Assembly (NCBI GenBank): GCA_964478235.1
Contig: CAYZGX010000001.1
Location: forward strand, 163,850-227,849
Source of the DNA: an uncultured Gammaproteobacteria bacterium
GTDB taxonomy: Bacteria > Patescibacteriota > Patescibacteriia > Magasanikbacterales > GWA2-37-8
Direction of reading: 5' to 3'
DNA length: 64,000 nucleotides
The notes under the pieces are model-generated. The model was not told where the DNA came from. It did no database searches and saw only the letters and a program-made list of their open reading frames with translations. Made by a program: the position numbers and the translations under genes. Every line of letters begins with the position of its first letter. The first letter of the stretch is position 1. Positions 36,554 through 47,840 of this stretch are shown piece after piece.

Positions 36554-38425
36554 TTAACCAACAATTTCAATTCCAGGACCGCTAGTATTCTTTGTTTGCG
36601 GTACACCCATAAGTTTTTCGATCTCTTCTTGTTCAATCGTTTCTTTTTCAATTAAAGCTGCGACCAATCTGTCGACCGTAACTCGATTATCCGCCAAGAT
36701 TTTCTTAGCTCGAGCTTCCGCCTCATTCACCAACTTCTTAATTTCTCGATCAATCTCATCAGCGGTAGCATCGCTATAATCACGACCTTCATGCATTTCA
36801 CGGCCTAAGAAAATTGGCTCGTCGTGCGACCCAAAGGTGCGCGGGCCAAGTGTGGTGCTCATACCGTAACTGGTCACCATTGCTCGAGCAATCTTAGTCG
36901 CCGTACGCAGGTCACTCGAAGGACCAGTTGAGAGTTGGTCGTCGCCAAAAATCATTTTTTCAGCCACATACCCACCCATCGACATCGCCAAATCGTCTTT
37001 AAATTGCGCTAAAGTATGGTAATTTTTATCTTCCGACGGCATCTTTAAAGTATAACCACCAGCTGACCCGCGAGATATAATAGAAACTTTGCGAACCGGA
37101 TCACAGTTTGGCAGTAAATAACCAACAACTGTATGCCCTGCTTCGTGATACGCTGTCATTTTCTTATCTTTATCAGTCATCACTCGACTCTTACGTTCTG
37201 GGCCAAGAAGAACTTTTTCAACACTTTCTAAAATTTCAATTTCGCCAATTTCTTTTTTCTCACGACGTACGGTGAGAATAGCTGCTTCGTTCATCAAATT
37301 AGCCAAATCAGCCCCAGAAAAACCAGGCGTGCGTTCCGCCAAACGACGAATGCTGATTTCTTTAGCAAGTTTTTTACCTTTAGCGTGTACCACCAAAATT
37401 TCTTCACGATCAGCAATATCCGGCAAATCGACAGTTACTCGACGATCGAAACGACCCGGACGAAGGAGAGCCGGATCAAGCACGTCAGGACGATTGGTGG
37501 CCGCCATAATAATGACGCCAAGATTTGGTTCAAAACCGTCCATTTCCACCAAAATTTGGTTGAGTGTCTGCTCGCGCTCATCATGCCCACCACCCAAACC
37601 AGCACCACGACGGCGACCAACAGCATCAATTTCATCAATAAAGATAATCGCTGGCGCAGCTTTTTTAGCTTTAGCAAACAAATCACGAACACGACTAGCC
37701 CCAACACCAACAAACATTTCCACAAACTCCGAACCACTCATATGAAAGAATGGTACATTGGCTTCACCAGCCACTGCTTTGGCCAAGAGCGTCTTGCCAG
37801 TACCTGGGCTACCCATCAAAAGAACACCTTTAGGAATTTTTGCCCCCATATCAGCAAATTTTTTCTGATCGCGCAAAAACTCTACCACTTCAGCCAATTC
37901 TTGTTTAGCTTCTTTGGCACCAGCCACGTCAGCAAAAGTTTTTTTATCTTTATCATCAACTCCGGCTTGGCGAGGATTGCTTGAACCGAAGCCCATCGCT
38001 TTGTTATTCATCCCTTGCATGCCACGAGTGGTGAAATAGAAGAAAACCATGATTAAAATAAGCGGTAATAAAGCCGGCACTAAATTAGCTGCCCAAAATT
38101 TCCAAGAACTATCACTTTTTACTTCCACTTCAATCCCCTGACGAGCTTGTTCGCTCACTCCGTAGTTCTCCATAATCTGACCAAACGAATCACCAACTTC
38201 TTTGGTGACTTCTTGTTGGCGAGCTTGTTCATCTTTAAGGGTAACAAGCAAGGTATTGCCAGTAACAGTGACTTTCTTGACCTTGCCGGCGTTGATTTGT
38301 TCAACCAACGTGCCAACACCGATAATCTCTGGCTTCTTACTGCCATCACGCAAGTAGGTAAGACCACCGGCGATCAAAAAAAGAACGAGAAAGATGACGA
38401 TAAAATTCTTAAGAAATGACTTCAT
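36554..38425 (-). CDS. ftsH: ATP-dependent zinc metalloprotease FtsH
   Basis: N-terminal TM, AAA module ([23 protein letters not shown]), SRH, HEAGH zinc site. Start taken at MKSFLKNF; the ORF track extends to 38464. Confidence 0.95.
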   Translation of the reverse strand: MKSFLKNFIVIFLVLFLIAGGLTYLRDGSKKPEIIGVGTLVEQINAGKVKKVTVTGNTLLVTLKDEQARQQEVTKEVGDSFGQIMENYGVSEQARQGIEVEVKSDSSWKFWAANLVPALLPLILIMVFFYFTTRGMQGMNNKAMGFGSSNPRQAGVDDKDKKTFADVAGAKEAKQELAEVVEFLRDQKKFADMGAKIPKGVLLMGSPGTGKTLLAKAVAGEANVPFFHMSGSEFVEMFVGVGASRVRDLFAKAKKAAPAIIFIDEIDAVGRRRGAGLGGGHDEREQTLNQILVEMDGFEPNLGVIIMAATNRPDVLDPALLRPGRFDRRVTVDLPDIADREEILVVHAKGKKLAKEISIRRLAERTPGFSGADLANLMNEAAILTVRREKKEIGEIEILESVEKVLLGPERKSRVMTDKDKKMTAYHEAGHTVVGYLLPNCDPVRKVSIISRGSAGGYTLKMPSEDKNYHTLAQFKDDLAMSMGGYVAEKMIFGDDQLSTGPSSDLRTATKIARAMVTSYGMSTTLGPRTFGSHDEPIFLGREMHEGRDYSDATADEIDREIKKLVNEAEARAKKILADNRVTVDRLVAALIEKETIEQEEIEKLMGVPQTKNTSGPGIEIVG

Positions 38426-38536
38426 AAAACAACGGTTCACAAATGCGGATAGCTCCACATTCAATACATAAAGTTAAGCTATCGTACCTAAACTGAGGCA
38501 AAAAAGCAAGTCTTTGGCCCAAGGCCTTAATAACAA

Positions 38537-38565
38537 AAGCCCCGCGAGGGCGGGGCTTTGTCTAG
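38537..38565 (-). terminator. Intrinsic terminator after rpsA
   Basis: Minus strand GCCCCGCCCTCGCGGGGC hairpin followed by a T-run. Confidence 0.55.
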
Positions 38566-38574
38566 CCTGATTAC

Positions 38575-39753
38575 TTAGGCTTTTTCTTCGTCTTTTACAG
38601 CTTTTTTAGCTGGTTTTTTGACTTCTTTTTCTTCTGAAGCTTCAGCCGCTTTCTTTTCAGTAGCCTTGCGACCACTCTTGCCTTTCACGCCGGCAATTTT
38701 GAGGCCAAGGCGATGATCAGCTGGTTCAAGAGATACGATTTCAAATTCGATTTCTTGACCGATTTTGAATTTATCACCCAAGTTATTAATTGGCTCATCA
38801 GACAATTCAGAGATATGAGCCAAACCATGGATATCGCGATCAAGGCCAACCATCAAGCCAAAAGACTCAATCTTCAAAACCTTACCGGTTACCTTGTCAC
38901 CAACTTTATATTTATCTTTAACACTCTTCCAAGGATCGTCAACAATGCGTTTAACAGAGAGGTAGATCTTAGAATGATCGAGCTGGATAATTTGAGCTTT
39001 GACCTTGTCGCCAACCTTGAGAACATCTTTTGGATGATCAATACGTTGCCAAGCGATTTCGGAGATGTGGACCAAACCTTCCAAACCCTGACCAAATTTG
39101 ATGAAAGCACCAAATGAAGTGAGAGCACTGATTTCGCCTTCTACCACGTCACCTACTTTATAGGATTCAAGCACTGCTTTTTGAGAATCTTCCCAAACAG
39201 CACGCTCGGAAACGATGAGTTTCTCCTCAGTTTCGTTGACGTCAATAACTTTTACTTCAATTTCTTTACCAACCATCTCGCGCAATTTTTCCAAAATGCG
39301 GTTCTTGTCGCCACCAGCTACACGAGGGTAGTTGTCTGGAGACAATTGAGATACTGGCATAAAGCCATTGAGGGCTTCTACCTGAAGCATTAAACCACCT
39401 TTGTTAGCTGCGGTGATTTTGGCTTTGAGGGTAAGACCGTCTTTCATCCATTTCTTCATGCTGTCCCAAGCTTTTTGGTAACCAGCAATACGGAAGGACA
39501 ATTCCATTTCACCATTCTCATTTTCGAGGTCGGTGACGGTTGCTTCAACTTCATCCCCTACTTTAAGGGAAGAATATTCGCGAGATTCAGCGAATAATTC
39601 ACGACCGCGGACAACGCCGGTGGTCATACCTTCGATATCGATGTGGATTTCGCCACGTTCGACCGAAATAACTTTGCCTTTGATAACATCATTTACCGCT
39701 GGGACGTGCATCGTCTGAGCTGCAAACAACGTTTTAAAGTCCTGATGTGCCAT
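38575..39753 (-). CDS. rpsA: 30S ribosomal protein S1 (four S1 domains, Lys-rich tail)
   Basis: Repeated S1 OB-fold motifs (GxV..I...GaFV) and a C-terminal KKAAEASEEKEVKKPAKKAVKDEEKA tail. Confidence 0.9.
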   Translation of the reverse strand: MAHQDFKTLFAAQTMHVPAVNDVIKGKVISVERGEIHIDIEGMTTGVVRGRELFAESREYSSLKVGDEVEATVTDLENENGEMELSFRIAGYQKAWDSMKKWMKDGLTLKAKITAANKGGLMLQVEALNGFMPVSQLSPDNYPRVAGGDKNRILEKLREMVGKEIEVKVIDVNETEEKLIVSERAVWEDSQKAVLESYKVGDVVEGEISALTSFGAFIKFGQGLEGLVHISEIAWQRIDHPKDVLKVGDKVKAQIIQLDHSKIYLSVKRIVDDPWKSVKDKYKVGDKVTGKVLKIESFGLMVGLDRDIHGLAHISELSDEPINNLGDKFKIGQEIEFEIVSLEPADHRLGLKIAGVKGKSGRKATEKKAAEASEEKEVKKPAKKAVKDEEKA

Positions 39754-39861
39754 AGAAACAAAAAAACGCTTTTTAACCTATCCCGGTAAAATCCGGCAAG
39801 CCGGTGGGATTCAGTGCTCTTCTCTAGGGTGGAAAAGCTTCATTTCTTTATTTGTGAGTGG

Positions 39862-39889
39862 AGTATAGCATACCCCCTTAAAAAGTCAA
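39862..39889 (-). promoter_or_regulatory. Sigma70-like promoter for rpsA
   Basis: Minus strand: TTGACT, 16-nt spacer, TGcTATACT. Confidence 0.45.
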
Positions 39890-39931
39890 GGATAGCCCCT
39901 AAAAACCCCTTTTTACCCACTGGAGGCAGTC

Positions 39932-39960
39932 TTGCCGTCTTCCTATATATATGCTAAAAT
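39932..39960 (+). promoter_or_regulatory. Sigma70-like promoter for the 40005 gene
   Basis: TTGCCG, 17-nt spacer, TGcTAAAAT. Confidence 0.4.
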
Positions 39961-40004
39961 ACGTCTGTTAAAAACAAGCGTGAACTTATTGAAATTAAAC
40001 TTCT

Positions 40005-40622
40005 ATGCATATCTCCTGGCTCGGTCAAACCGCTATCAAACTTCAAACCAAATATCTCGACGAGGATGTCACTGTCGTTATTGATGCCTACAAACCTGAT
40101 ACCGGCGAGTTCCCTCGCAGTCTCACCCCAACCCTCGCTCTCTTCTCCAAAGGCACCGATGATGCTATCACGTTATCCGGCGACCCGTTCATCATGAGCA
40201 GTCTCGGCGAGTGCGAACTCAAAGAAGTTATGGTGACCGCTTTTCCAAGTGAAAACGGCAACATCATCTTCAAATTAAATAGCGAACAAATGAACATTGT
40301 TCACTTAGGTCGCCTCAACAAAAAACCTGAATTATCTGAGCTCGAAAAAATTGGCTCCATTGATATTTTAATTGTTCCAGTTGGCGGCGCGCCAAATTAT
40401 CTATCCGATGAAGATGCTGCCAGTCTCGTCACCGCTCTTGAGCCACGCATTGTTATCCCTGTTGGCTTCCAATGCGACAGTGATCCAAAAGCCAAACCGG
40501 TAACCGACTTCATCAAGGAACTTGGTTTAAAACCAGAAATCACCGACAAAAAAGTTATCGTTAAGAAAAAAGATCTCCCTCAAGAAGATATGAAATTGTA
40601 TCTACTTGAGAAAAATATCTAA
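40005..40622 (+). CDS. MBL-fold metallo-hydrolase (Lactamase_B_3-like)
   Basis: MHISWLGQTAIKLQT...VVIDAY resembles the M-K-I-T-W-L-G-H start of the metal-dependent hydrolase family. 205 aa. Confidence 0.55.
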   Translation: MHISWLGQTAIKLQTKYLDEDVTVVIDAYKPDTGEFPRSLTPTLALFSKGTDDAITLSGDPFIMSSLGECELKEVMVTAFPSENGNIIFKLNSEQMNIVHLGRLNKKPELSELEKIGSIDILIVPVGGAPNYLSDEDAASLVTALEPRIVIPVGFQCDSDPKAKPVTDFIKELGLKPEITDKKVIVKKKDLPQEDMKLYLLEKNI

Positions 40623-40626
40623 CCGT

Positions 40627-41073
40627 ATGCCAAAAAAAGGCGCACCACTCAACGAAAACGAGGCAGAAACAATGCCTGGTTTAGTGTTGACGCAAAGCGC
40701 TTTGGACGAAGAAGGTGAAACTCCACTCACCCCTCGAGAAAAAATACTATCAAGAAGCAAAGCCTACAATACAGGCAATCGCCGATTTATGTGGACCAGT
40801 GTGGGGGTCATTGTTCTCGCTATCGTTGGTTTGTGGGGCTATGCGCTCGCTAGTCAATTTAGTTTTATTGATTGGTCAAAATCAAGCGAAGCCAGACTCA
40901 TCGCCAACACCCGTCGCGACTGGGAAACACTCTTTGACGAAAAAGCTTCTATTAAAGATACTGTTCAGGTTGGGATTAACACTTTAGTTGGGAAAATTAA
41001 AAGCGAAGAAACGGTTCTTCCGGTTACCACCACAACGACCACCACTCTAGCAACCACTACACTATCATTATAA
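40627..41073 (+). CDS. Hypothetical membrane-anchored protein with Thr-rich C-terminus
   Basis: Single TM (WTSVGVIVLAIVGLWGYALA) and a TTTTTTLATTT tail. Start taken at the ATG at 40627 after the upstream stop. Confidence 0.4.
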   Translation: MPKKGAPLNENEAETMPGLVLTQSALDEEGETPLTPREKILSRSKAYNTGNRRFMWTSVGVIVLAIVGLWGYALASQFSFIDWSKSSEARLIANTRRDWETLFDEKASIKDTVQVGINTLVGKIKSEETVLPVTTTTTTTLATTTLSL

Positions 41074-41130
41074 AACCCTGCCATCTCAGTACCGCTTCCG
41101 GTAACGAGATTCTAGTGTTTTAATGAAAAA

Positions 41131-43602
41131 TTGTGTATGCAAGGTAAGCTTGAATTGTCATCAGGAAATATTGGAGCTTTGACTCCTGCCCCTATCGTCG
41201 ACGAAGTCCGCAAATCATATTTGGAATATGCGATGAGTGTCATCGTTTCCCGCGCTCTGCCCGATGTTCGCGACGGCTTGAAACCAGTTCATCGTCGTAT
41301 TCTCTATGCGATGTGGAACATGGGCCTTCGCCACACCGCTAAATACCGCAAATCAGCCCACGTAGTCGGTGAAGTGATGGCTAAATACCACCCACACGGT
41401 GATGCTGCTATCTACGACTCCATGGTTCGTATGGCACAAGATTTTGCCATGCGCCACCAATTGGTTGATGGCCAAGGTAACTTCGGCTCGATGGACGGCG
41501 ACAGTGCCGCTGCCTACCGCTATACCGAAGCCCGCCTCAAAGCAGTCGCTGCCGAAATGCTTCTTGATATTGAAAAAAATACCGTCAACTTCACACCCAA
41601 CTACGACGGCTCCCACCAAGAACCAAGCGCTCTTCCTACCAAAATCCCCAACTTACTCTTGAACGGCACCATGGGTATTGCCGTTGGTATGGCCACTTCT
41701 ATTGCTCCGCACAACCTCAATGAATTGTGTGATGCAGTTGCTGCCTTAATTGAACAGCCAAAAACCAGTGTTGAAGAAATTTGCGAAATCGTCAAAGGCC
41801 CAGACTTCCCAACTGGCGGTATTGTCTATGGCAAAAAAGATATTGCTGCAGCCTATGCCACTGGCAAAGGCGGTGTCGTGATTCGTGCCAAAGCTGAAAT
41901 CGTTGAAGCCAAAAACGGCTCATTCCAAATTATCATCACCGAAGTTCCCTACCAAATCAACAAATCGGTCTTACTCGAAAAGATCGCTGATTTGGTACAA
42001 GAAAAGAAAATTGAAGGTATCAAAGACTTACGCGATGAATCCAACAAGGATGGTGTTCGCGTCGTTGTTGATTTGAAAAAAGATTCCTATCCAAAAAAGA
42101 TTTTAAACCAGCTCTACAACCTCACCGACCTCCAAACTACCTTCCACTACAACATGTTGGCCTTGGTAGATGGTATTCAACCTCGCATTTTGAATATCAA
42201 AAACATTTTAGAAGAGTTTATCAAACATCGCCAAGTAGTTATTCGCCGTCGTACCGAATTTGACCTGGAAAAAGCCAACGACCGTGCCCACATCTTGGAA
42301 GGTTTGCAGATGGCGCTCGACAAAATTGATTTGGTTATCAAAACTATCCGCGCTTCTGCCGACAAAGAAGAAGCTAAAGTTAATTTGATTAGCAAATTTA
42401 AATTTAGCGACCGCCAAGCATCCGCTATCTTGGAAATGCGCCTCCAACAACTTGCCAACCTCGAAGCGCAAAAGATTGAAGATGAATTAAAAGAAAAGAA
42501 AGCTCTCATCAAAGAATTAGAATCTATTTTGGCTTCTGCTGCCAAAATTATGAGCATCATTAAAGCCGAAACCAAAGAAATCAAAGAAAAATACGGCGAG
42601 GAACGTCGCACTCAAATTATCGCTCATGGTGTCAAAGAGTTCACCACCGAAGATTTGATTCCGAACGAACCAACGGTCGTCATGGTCACCACCGACGGCT
42701 ATGTCAAACGCATGCCACCAGACACCTTCAAACAACAGTCTCGTGGCGGCAAGGGTGTTATCGGCGTCACCACCAAAGAAGAAGAGTCAGTAGATCAACT
42801 CATCACCACCAACACGCATGACAACATGCTCTTCTTCACCAACCGTGGTCGCGTCTTCCAGCTCATGGCCTACGATATTCCACAAGGTAGCCGCACTGCC
42901 AAAGGCCAAGCCCTCGTCAACTTCCTCCAGCTCGCTCCAAACGAAAAAGTCACCGCTCTTCTCCCAATGAGTGACATGACTCGCTATAAATTCTTAATGA
43001 TGGCAACCACCAAAGGCAACATTAAGAAGACTCCCCTCGAAGATTTTGCCAATGTTCGTCGCAGCGGTCTTATCGCTATGAAACTCAAGACCGACGACAA
43101 CTTGGAATGGGTCAAACCAACCACTGGTGACGATGAAGTGATGATTGCCACCAAAGCTGGTCAAGCTATCCGCTTCAAAGAAAAAGATGTCCGTCCAATG
43201 GGCCGCACCGCGAGCGGTGTCCGTGGTATGCGTCTCAAATCCGAAGATGCGGTGATTGGTATGGATATCGTTAATCCAAAAAATAAAAACTTAGAGTTCC
43301 TCACTATCGGTGAAAACGGTGTTGGAAAACGCACCGAACTTGATGAATATAAGGTTCAAGGTCGTGGTGGTAGTGGTATCAAAACTGCTGACATCACCAA
43401 AAAGACTGGCTGGCTCATCTACGCCAAAGTTATCGATAAAGAAGAGACCAACGAACATGATCTCATGATGATTTCCGCCAAAGGCCAGGTCATTCGCCTA
43501 CCATTCAAATCAATTAATACTTCGGGTCGCGCCACTCAAGGTGTCCGCCTGATGCGCTTCAAAGAAGAAGCTGATATCGTTGCTGGTGTCACCATTCTCT
43601 AA
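41131..43602 (+). CDS. gyrA: DNA gyrase subunit A
   Basis: [28 protein letters not shown], an active-site Tyr region, and C-terminal beta-pinwheel repeats. Confidence 0.95.
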   Translation: MCMQGKLELSSGNIGALTPAPIVDEVRKSYLEYAMSVIVSRALPDVRDGLKPVHRRILYAMWNMGLRHTAKYRKSAHVVGEVMAKYHPHGDAAIYDSMVRMAQDFAMRHQLVDGQGNFGSMDGDSAAAYRYTEARLKAVAAEMLLDIEKNTVNFTPNYDGSHQEPSALPTKIPNLLLNGTMGIAVGMATSIAPHNLNELCDAVAALIEQPKTSVEEICEIVKGPDFPTGGIVYGKKDIAAAYATGKGGVVIRAKAEIVEAKNGSFQIIITEVPYQINKSVLLEKIADLVQEKKIEGIKDLRDESNKDGVRVVVDLKKDSYPKKILNQLYNLTDLQTTFHYNMLALVDGIQPRILNIKNILEEFIKHRQVVIRRRTEFDLEKANDRAHILEGLQMALDKIDLVIKTIRASADKEEAKVNLISKFKFSDRQASAILEMRLQQLANLEAQKIEDELKEKKALIKELESILASAAKIMSIIKAETKEIKEKYGEERRTQIIAHGVKEFTTEDLIPNEPTVVMVTTDGYVKRMPPDTFKQQSRGGKGVIGVTTKEEESVDQLITTNTHDNMLFFTNRGRVFQLMAYDIPQGSRTAKGQALVNFLQLAPNEKVTALLPMSDMTRYKFLMMATTKGNIKKTPLEDFANVRRSGLIAMKLKTDDNLEWVKPTTGDDEVMIATKAGQAIRFKEKDVRPMGRTASGVRGMRLKSEDAVIGMDIVNPKNKNLEFLTIGENGVGKRTELDEYKVQGRGGSGIKTADITKKTGWLIYAKVIDKEETNEHDLMMISAKGQVIRLPFKSINTSGRATQGVRLMRFKEEADIVAGVTIL

Positions 43603-43607
43603 TAAAC

Positions 43608-43650
43608 CCAAACAAAAAACCAGTCGCCCAAAGCGACTGGTTTTTAATTT
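43608..43650. terminator. Bidirectional intrinsic terminator (gyrA / tkt)
   Basis: AAAAACCAGTCGC-ccaaa-GCGACTGGTTTTT. Confidence 0.6.
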
Positions 43651-43657
43651 TTTCTAT

Positions 43658-45514
43658 CTAGGCAGTAAGTTTTTTTACCGCCGCCACAATCGCTAGCGCA
43701 TCAATGCCAGAATATGCTAGCAACTCATCACTTGCTCCACTGTGCGGCACTTTTGTCACCGCCAAATGTTCAAACTGAGCCCCTGAGCTTGCGAGCAACC
43801 CCTTCACCGCCTCACCAAGCCCACCTTCAACAAAATGATCTTCAACCACAACAATTTTTCCAGTATCGCGGGCAGCTTTTTCCAAAGTAGTGCCATCCAA
43901 AGGTTTAACACTATACGCATCAATAACGCGCACAGCTATCCCCTGCTTGTGCAATTCATCACAGGCTTTAAGTGTCTCATGGACAGTAACACCAGCCGAA
44001 ACAATCGTCACCACATCTGCCGTACTAGAGCGCAAAGTTTTACTGCCACCGGCGATAAACAGCTCATCTGACCGATACAACACCGGCGTATCACGACGAG
44101 TGGTGCGGATATAGGTAATACCTTTGTTATGAGCCGCTACTTCCACCAACTTGTCGGCCGAAGTGGCATCCGACGGATAGAGCACCGTACTTCCGAGCAA
44201 CCCTCGAAACAAAGCAATATCTTCAAGCCCCATCTGCGAAGCACCATCTTCGCCAATCGACACCCCGGCGTGCGACCCAACAAACGTCATCGTGACATTA
44301 GCATACTGCGCCATACGAATTTGATCATGTGCTCGCGAAAAGAAAGCGGCAAATGTCGATACAAACGGCATATACCCCCGACGCGCCAAACCAACAGCTG
44401 CCCCTACCATATTTTGCTCAGCGATAAACATTTCAAAAAAACGCTTCGGGTGTTCGTGCTTAAAAGCTTCCGCCCCCGTAGAATTACTGGTTTCCGCATC
44501 AAGTACAACCAACTTAGGAAAAGCCGATGCCAAACGACACAATGCCGGGCCGTAGGCTTTTCTCGTCGCCACCAATTCCTGTGGTCCATATGACACGCTG
44601 GCTAAATCGTAGACTTTAGTGTCAGTTTGTTCTTTAGAAGAATACTTAAGAGAAACCGTACGGTGCGGAATCATTCCCCGCACACCAACATTAACTGTTT
44701 TAAGAGCCAACACCGCCTGCTCAGCCTCAGCCGGCGACAAAGCTTTACCATGCCAACCTTCTTTATCTTCAATAAAGGCGACGCCTTTACCTTTTATAGT
44801 TTTAGCAATGATCATTACCGGTTGTTTTGTTTCTGCCACTGCTTTAGCGAGAGCGTCGCTAATCGCCTGAACATCATGACCGTCAACCACAATCGTTTTC
44901 CAGCCAAAAGCCCACGCTCGGCGCTCATGCTCAGCCACATCATGCCCAAACATTGTTTCACCGCGCTGTCCCAAACGATTAACATCCAAAATAGCTACCA
45001 AATTACCTAATTTATAATGAACGGCCAAGTTCATCGCCTCCCAATTCGACCCTTCAGCCATTTCGCTATCCCCTAGCAAAACAAAGGTCTTTGTTGGAAC
45101 TTCATCAAGATACTTGGCAGCCAAAGCCAAACCAACTCCAATCGACAATCCTTGCCCTAATGAGCCAGTTGGCGCTTCGGTAAAGGGAAATTGCATAGTT
45201 GGATGTCCTTCTAAACGACTTTCCAACTGACGCAACGTTACCAATTCTTGTTCAGTAATCGCCCCGGCAACAGTATATAACGAATACAAGAGTGGCGCAG
45301 CATGTCCTTTGGAAAAAATCAGGCGATCGTTAAGGGGGTGTTCTGGATGTTTGAGGTCGGCGTGAAAAAAACCACCAAACATCAGGGTGGTCATGAGGTC
45401 GGTGGCTGACAAAGAAGATGTCAGGTGTCCTGATCGAGCCGCTGTAGTGGCACGGATACTAAAATAACGCACCAAGACGGCTAATTCTTCTATTTTTTTT
45501 CTCCCAATATGCAT
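43658..45514 (-). CDS. tkt: Transketolase
   Basis: ThDP-binding N-domain (SGHLTSSLSATDL, GSLGQGLSIGVGLA), Pyr domain, C-terminal domain. 618 aa. Confidence 0.9.
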   Translation of the reverse strand: MHIGRKKIEELAVLVRYFSIRATTAARSGHLTSSLSATDLMTTLMFGGFFHADLKHPEHPLNDRLIFSKGHAAPLLYSLYTVAGAITEQELVTLRQLESRLEGHPTMQFPFTEAPTGSLGQGLSIGVGLALAAKYLDEVPTKTFVLLGDSEMAEGSNWEAMNLAVHYKLGNLVAILDVNRLGQRGETMFGHDVAEHERRAWAFGWKTIVVDGHDVQAISDALAKAVAETKQPVMIIAKTIKGKGVAFIEDKEGWHGKALSPAEAEQAVLALKTVNVGVRGMIPHRTVSLKYSSKEQTDTKVYDLASVSYGPQELVATRKAYGPALCRLASAFPKLVVLDAETSNSTGAEAFKHEHPKRFFEMFIAEQNMVGAAVGLARRGYMPFVSTFAAFFSRAHDQIRMAQYANVTMTFVGSHAGVSIGEDGASQMGLEDIALFRGLLGSTVLYPSDATSADKLVEVAAHNKGITYIRTTRRDTPVLYRSDELFIAGGSKTLRSSTADVVTIVSAGVTVHETLKACDELHKQGIAVRVIDAYSVKPLDGTTLEKAARDTGKIVVVEDHFVEGGLGEAVKGLLASSGAQFEHLAVTKVPHSGASDELLAYSGIDALAIVAAVKKLTA

Positions 45515-45527
45515 ACGCTCCTAATAA

Positions 45528-46691
45528 CTACTTGGTTTGTAAAAATGTATATAACGCCCGAAGAGCTTGCTCTGTTACCACCTCTTCGCCACCAAATGAA
45601 AAGCGAACATATCCTGTATATCCAAAAGCACTCCCTGGCACCATTGCAATATTTCCTTCTTCCAACACTCGCTCGCAAAAAGCGACATCATCTTTTTCTT
45701 GAACTCCCAAAGAGCTGAGCGGCACAAAGGCGTAGAGGCCAGCTTCGGGTGGTGTCAGTGGTGAAAACAACTCTGAAAAAACTGCTACAAAATGATTACG
45801 TCGAGCTTCCATGATCGTTCGAACCTGCGTCTGTACCACCTCAGCTGATTCCAAAGCTCCAAGCACAGCCCACTGGCTCACACTCGATGTCCCGGTAGTA
45901 CTCTGACCTTGGATAAGTGTTACTCGTTCAACCACGTCGCATGGCGCCAAAACAAATCCCACTCGCCAGCCAGTCATCGCAAAATGTTTGGAAGCACTTT
46001 GAATAATAATGACGTTATCTTTATGTTCAAGAAACGAGCCACAAGATACAAACTCACGTCCATCATACGTTAACCCACTATAGACTTCGTCTGAAATAAC
46101 AATCACTCCTCGCTCCTTAGCAAACGCTAGCAACTCAGCCAACTCTTCTCGAGAATATAACGAACCGGTCGGGTTGCCAGCATTATTAAGAAAAATAATC
46201 TTCGTTCGCGAAGTAATTGTCTTCTTAAACAATTGCAGGGAGAGTTTAAAACCAGTTTCTGGACTAGCGACAGCAGTAATTGTTGTTCCACCAAATAATT
46301 CCACAATACTCGTATACGACACCCAGTATGGTGCCACAACCATTGCCTCAACTCCTGGCTCAACCAGAGCCTGGCAGACGGCGTACAACCCAAATTTTCC
46401 ACCACAGGTGACAACACACTCCTCAGGAGAAAATCGTGACTGATAAGCGGTGTTGACCCAAGCGGTCATAGCCGAACGAAGCTCAGGAATGCCGGCTACC
46501 GGAGTATATTGGGTTTTGCCTTCGCGAATAGCCTTTTCAGCTCGCGCCACCACCGCTTGATGTGGAGCAATAACCGGCTCGCCCACGCTAAGATTATGGA
46601 CAAAAATTCCTTGGGATTTTTTGTAAAGAGCACGGGTGTTCATGGCGACCGTGGCACTCGGTTCAACCTCCGTCAAACGAGAAAAATGCAT
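45528..46691 (-). CDS. Pyridoxal-phosphate-dependent aminotransferase, class I/II (aspartate aminotransferase-like)
   Basis: PLP-lysine motif SASKHFAMTGWRVGF and class-I aminotransferase fold. Confidence 0.8.
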   Translation of the reverse strand: MHFSRLTEVEPSATVAMNTRALYKKSQGIFVHNLSVGEPVIAPHQAVVARAEKAIREGKTQYTPVAGIPELRSAMTAWVNTAYQSRFSPEECVVTCGGKFGLYAVCQALVEPGVEAMVVAPYWVSYTSIVELFGGTTITAVASPETGFKLSLQLFKKTITSRTKIIFLNNAGNPTGSLYSREELAELLAFAKERGVIVISDEVYSGLTYDGREFVSCGSFLEHKDNVIIIQSASKHFAMTGWRVGFVLAPCDVVERVTLIQGQSTTGTSSVSQWAVLGALESAEVVQTQVRTIMEARRNHFVAVFSELFSPLTPPEAGLYAFVPLSSLGVQEKDDVAFCERVLEEGNIAMVPGSAFGYTGYVRFSFGGEEVVTEQALRALYTFLQTK

Positions 46692-46750
46692 ACAAACAAA
46701 AGAATCAATAGACCTATACTAGCACATTATTACCCGGTAATACAAACAAA

Positions 46751-46776
46751 AATCACTGCCGGTATCGGCAGTGATT
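46751..46776 (-). terminator. Terminator hairpin downstream of tRNA-Arg(CCG)
   Basis: Perfect stem ATCACTGCC/GGCAGTGAT followed by a T-run on the minus strand. Confidence 0.5.
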
Positions 46777-46782
46777 AAAAAG

Positions 46783-46854
46783 TGCTCTTACAAGGAATTG
46801 AACCTTGATCCCGGACTTCGGAGGCCCGTGTTCTATCCGTTAAACTATAAGAGC
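46783..46854 (-). tRNA. tRNA-Arg (anticodon CCG)
   Basis: Acceptor GCTCTTA/TAAGAGC, anticodon stem CGGGC/GTCCG, loop CTCCGAA, T-arm AAGG-TTCAATT-CCTT. Confidence 0.8.
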
Positions 46855-46864
46855 AGGAGATTGT

Positions 46865-47839
46865 CTAGAAAAACCGCCGGACAAAACGCAGTATCTGATA
46901 AAGCCGATACTGCCACGAAGAAAAAATAAGGTCAAATGTTCCCGGAGCCACCTGAGAAACACCACCAAAACCCATTTTAAACCGAGTCACGCCAGCATAC
47001 TGATGTTTTTCGTCATAAATATACTCCCCGCCTTGATACTTCCCTGGTGCAATTCCAAAAAAATCATAGTGACTATAGCCCAAACGCTTAGCTAATTGCA
47101 TCCCAGCCCACTGTATGAGGTGTGGTGCCATCACCTGGCGATGGGCATAATCCGAAGCACCAAACACATAGGTAAAAACTGTTCCAAAACCAATAAACAG
47201 ACCTGTCGCAACTGGTGTCTCTCCGATATACGCCACGAGCTGTCGGCTAAACGACGAAGCCAAAATATGTTCGTAATGTTTTTTATCATGAAGACGAAAG
47301 CCGTCGCGCTCCCCGGTTTGTTTCATCAAGTTCCAAAAAATAGCCCAGTCTTTTATTTCTTTCACTACCACACCCTTCTTCTCAGCCAAGCGAATATTGT
47401 AGCGAGTTTTAGTGTGCATTGCTGAAAGTAGCGCATCATCGTCACCAAGCGCCAAAAGCACTGTCGCGCTCGGGTTCACATCGTACACTTTAGTATACGA
47501 AGAAAAATATTTTTCAAAAGAAGCTGGCTCAACCCGCCAAAACAAACATTTTTTCTGAATAAAATAGTCAGCAAAAGCCTGGTACACCTCAATATGGCCA
47601 CTGGCCACAACCGGGCCTTTCGGAGAAAAAGCATACTGCCAACCAAACGGTAAACGAGTATAGACAACCAAAGCTTGGGCCACTACCACTTCCCCATCAA
47701 CTGCTTGTAATAATTCTACCCGCTTATCTTCTTCCACTAAAAGACGGGCCCACAAAGAAGATTGGGTGAAATTTGAAAACGATTGTTTGAGAAGCCAGGC
47801 GTCCCAGACAGCTGCTCCTGTGGTAGTCCGAATATCCAT
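46865..47839 (-). CDS. FemAB-family peptidoglycan interpeptide-bridge aminoacyltransferase
   Basis: 324 aa with the two-GNAT-like FemABX architecture. Confidence 0.6.
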   Translation of the reverse strand: MDIRTTTGAAVWDAWLLKQSFSNFTQSSLWARLLVEEDKRVELLQAVDGEVVVAQALVVYTRLPFGWQYAFSPKGPVVASGHIEVYQAFADYFIQKKCLFWRVEPASFEKYFSSYTKVYDVNPSATVLLALGDDDALLSAMHTKTRYNIRLAEKKGVVVKEIKDWAIFWNLMKQTGERDGFRLHDKKHYEHILASSFSRQLVAYIGETPVATGLFIGFGTVFTYVFGASDYAHRQVMAPHLIQWAGMQLAKRLGYSHYDFFGIAPGKYQGGEYIYDEKHQYAGVTRFKMGFGGVSQVAPGTFDLIFSSWQYRLYQILRFVRRFF

Positions 47840-47840
47840 A

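Noticed and set aside
37272-37984. 157-, 199- and 100-aa ORFs antisense to ftsH
   Set aside because: Shadow ORFs within a highly conserved gene; they are Ser/Arg/Pro-rich or repetitive.
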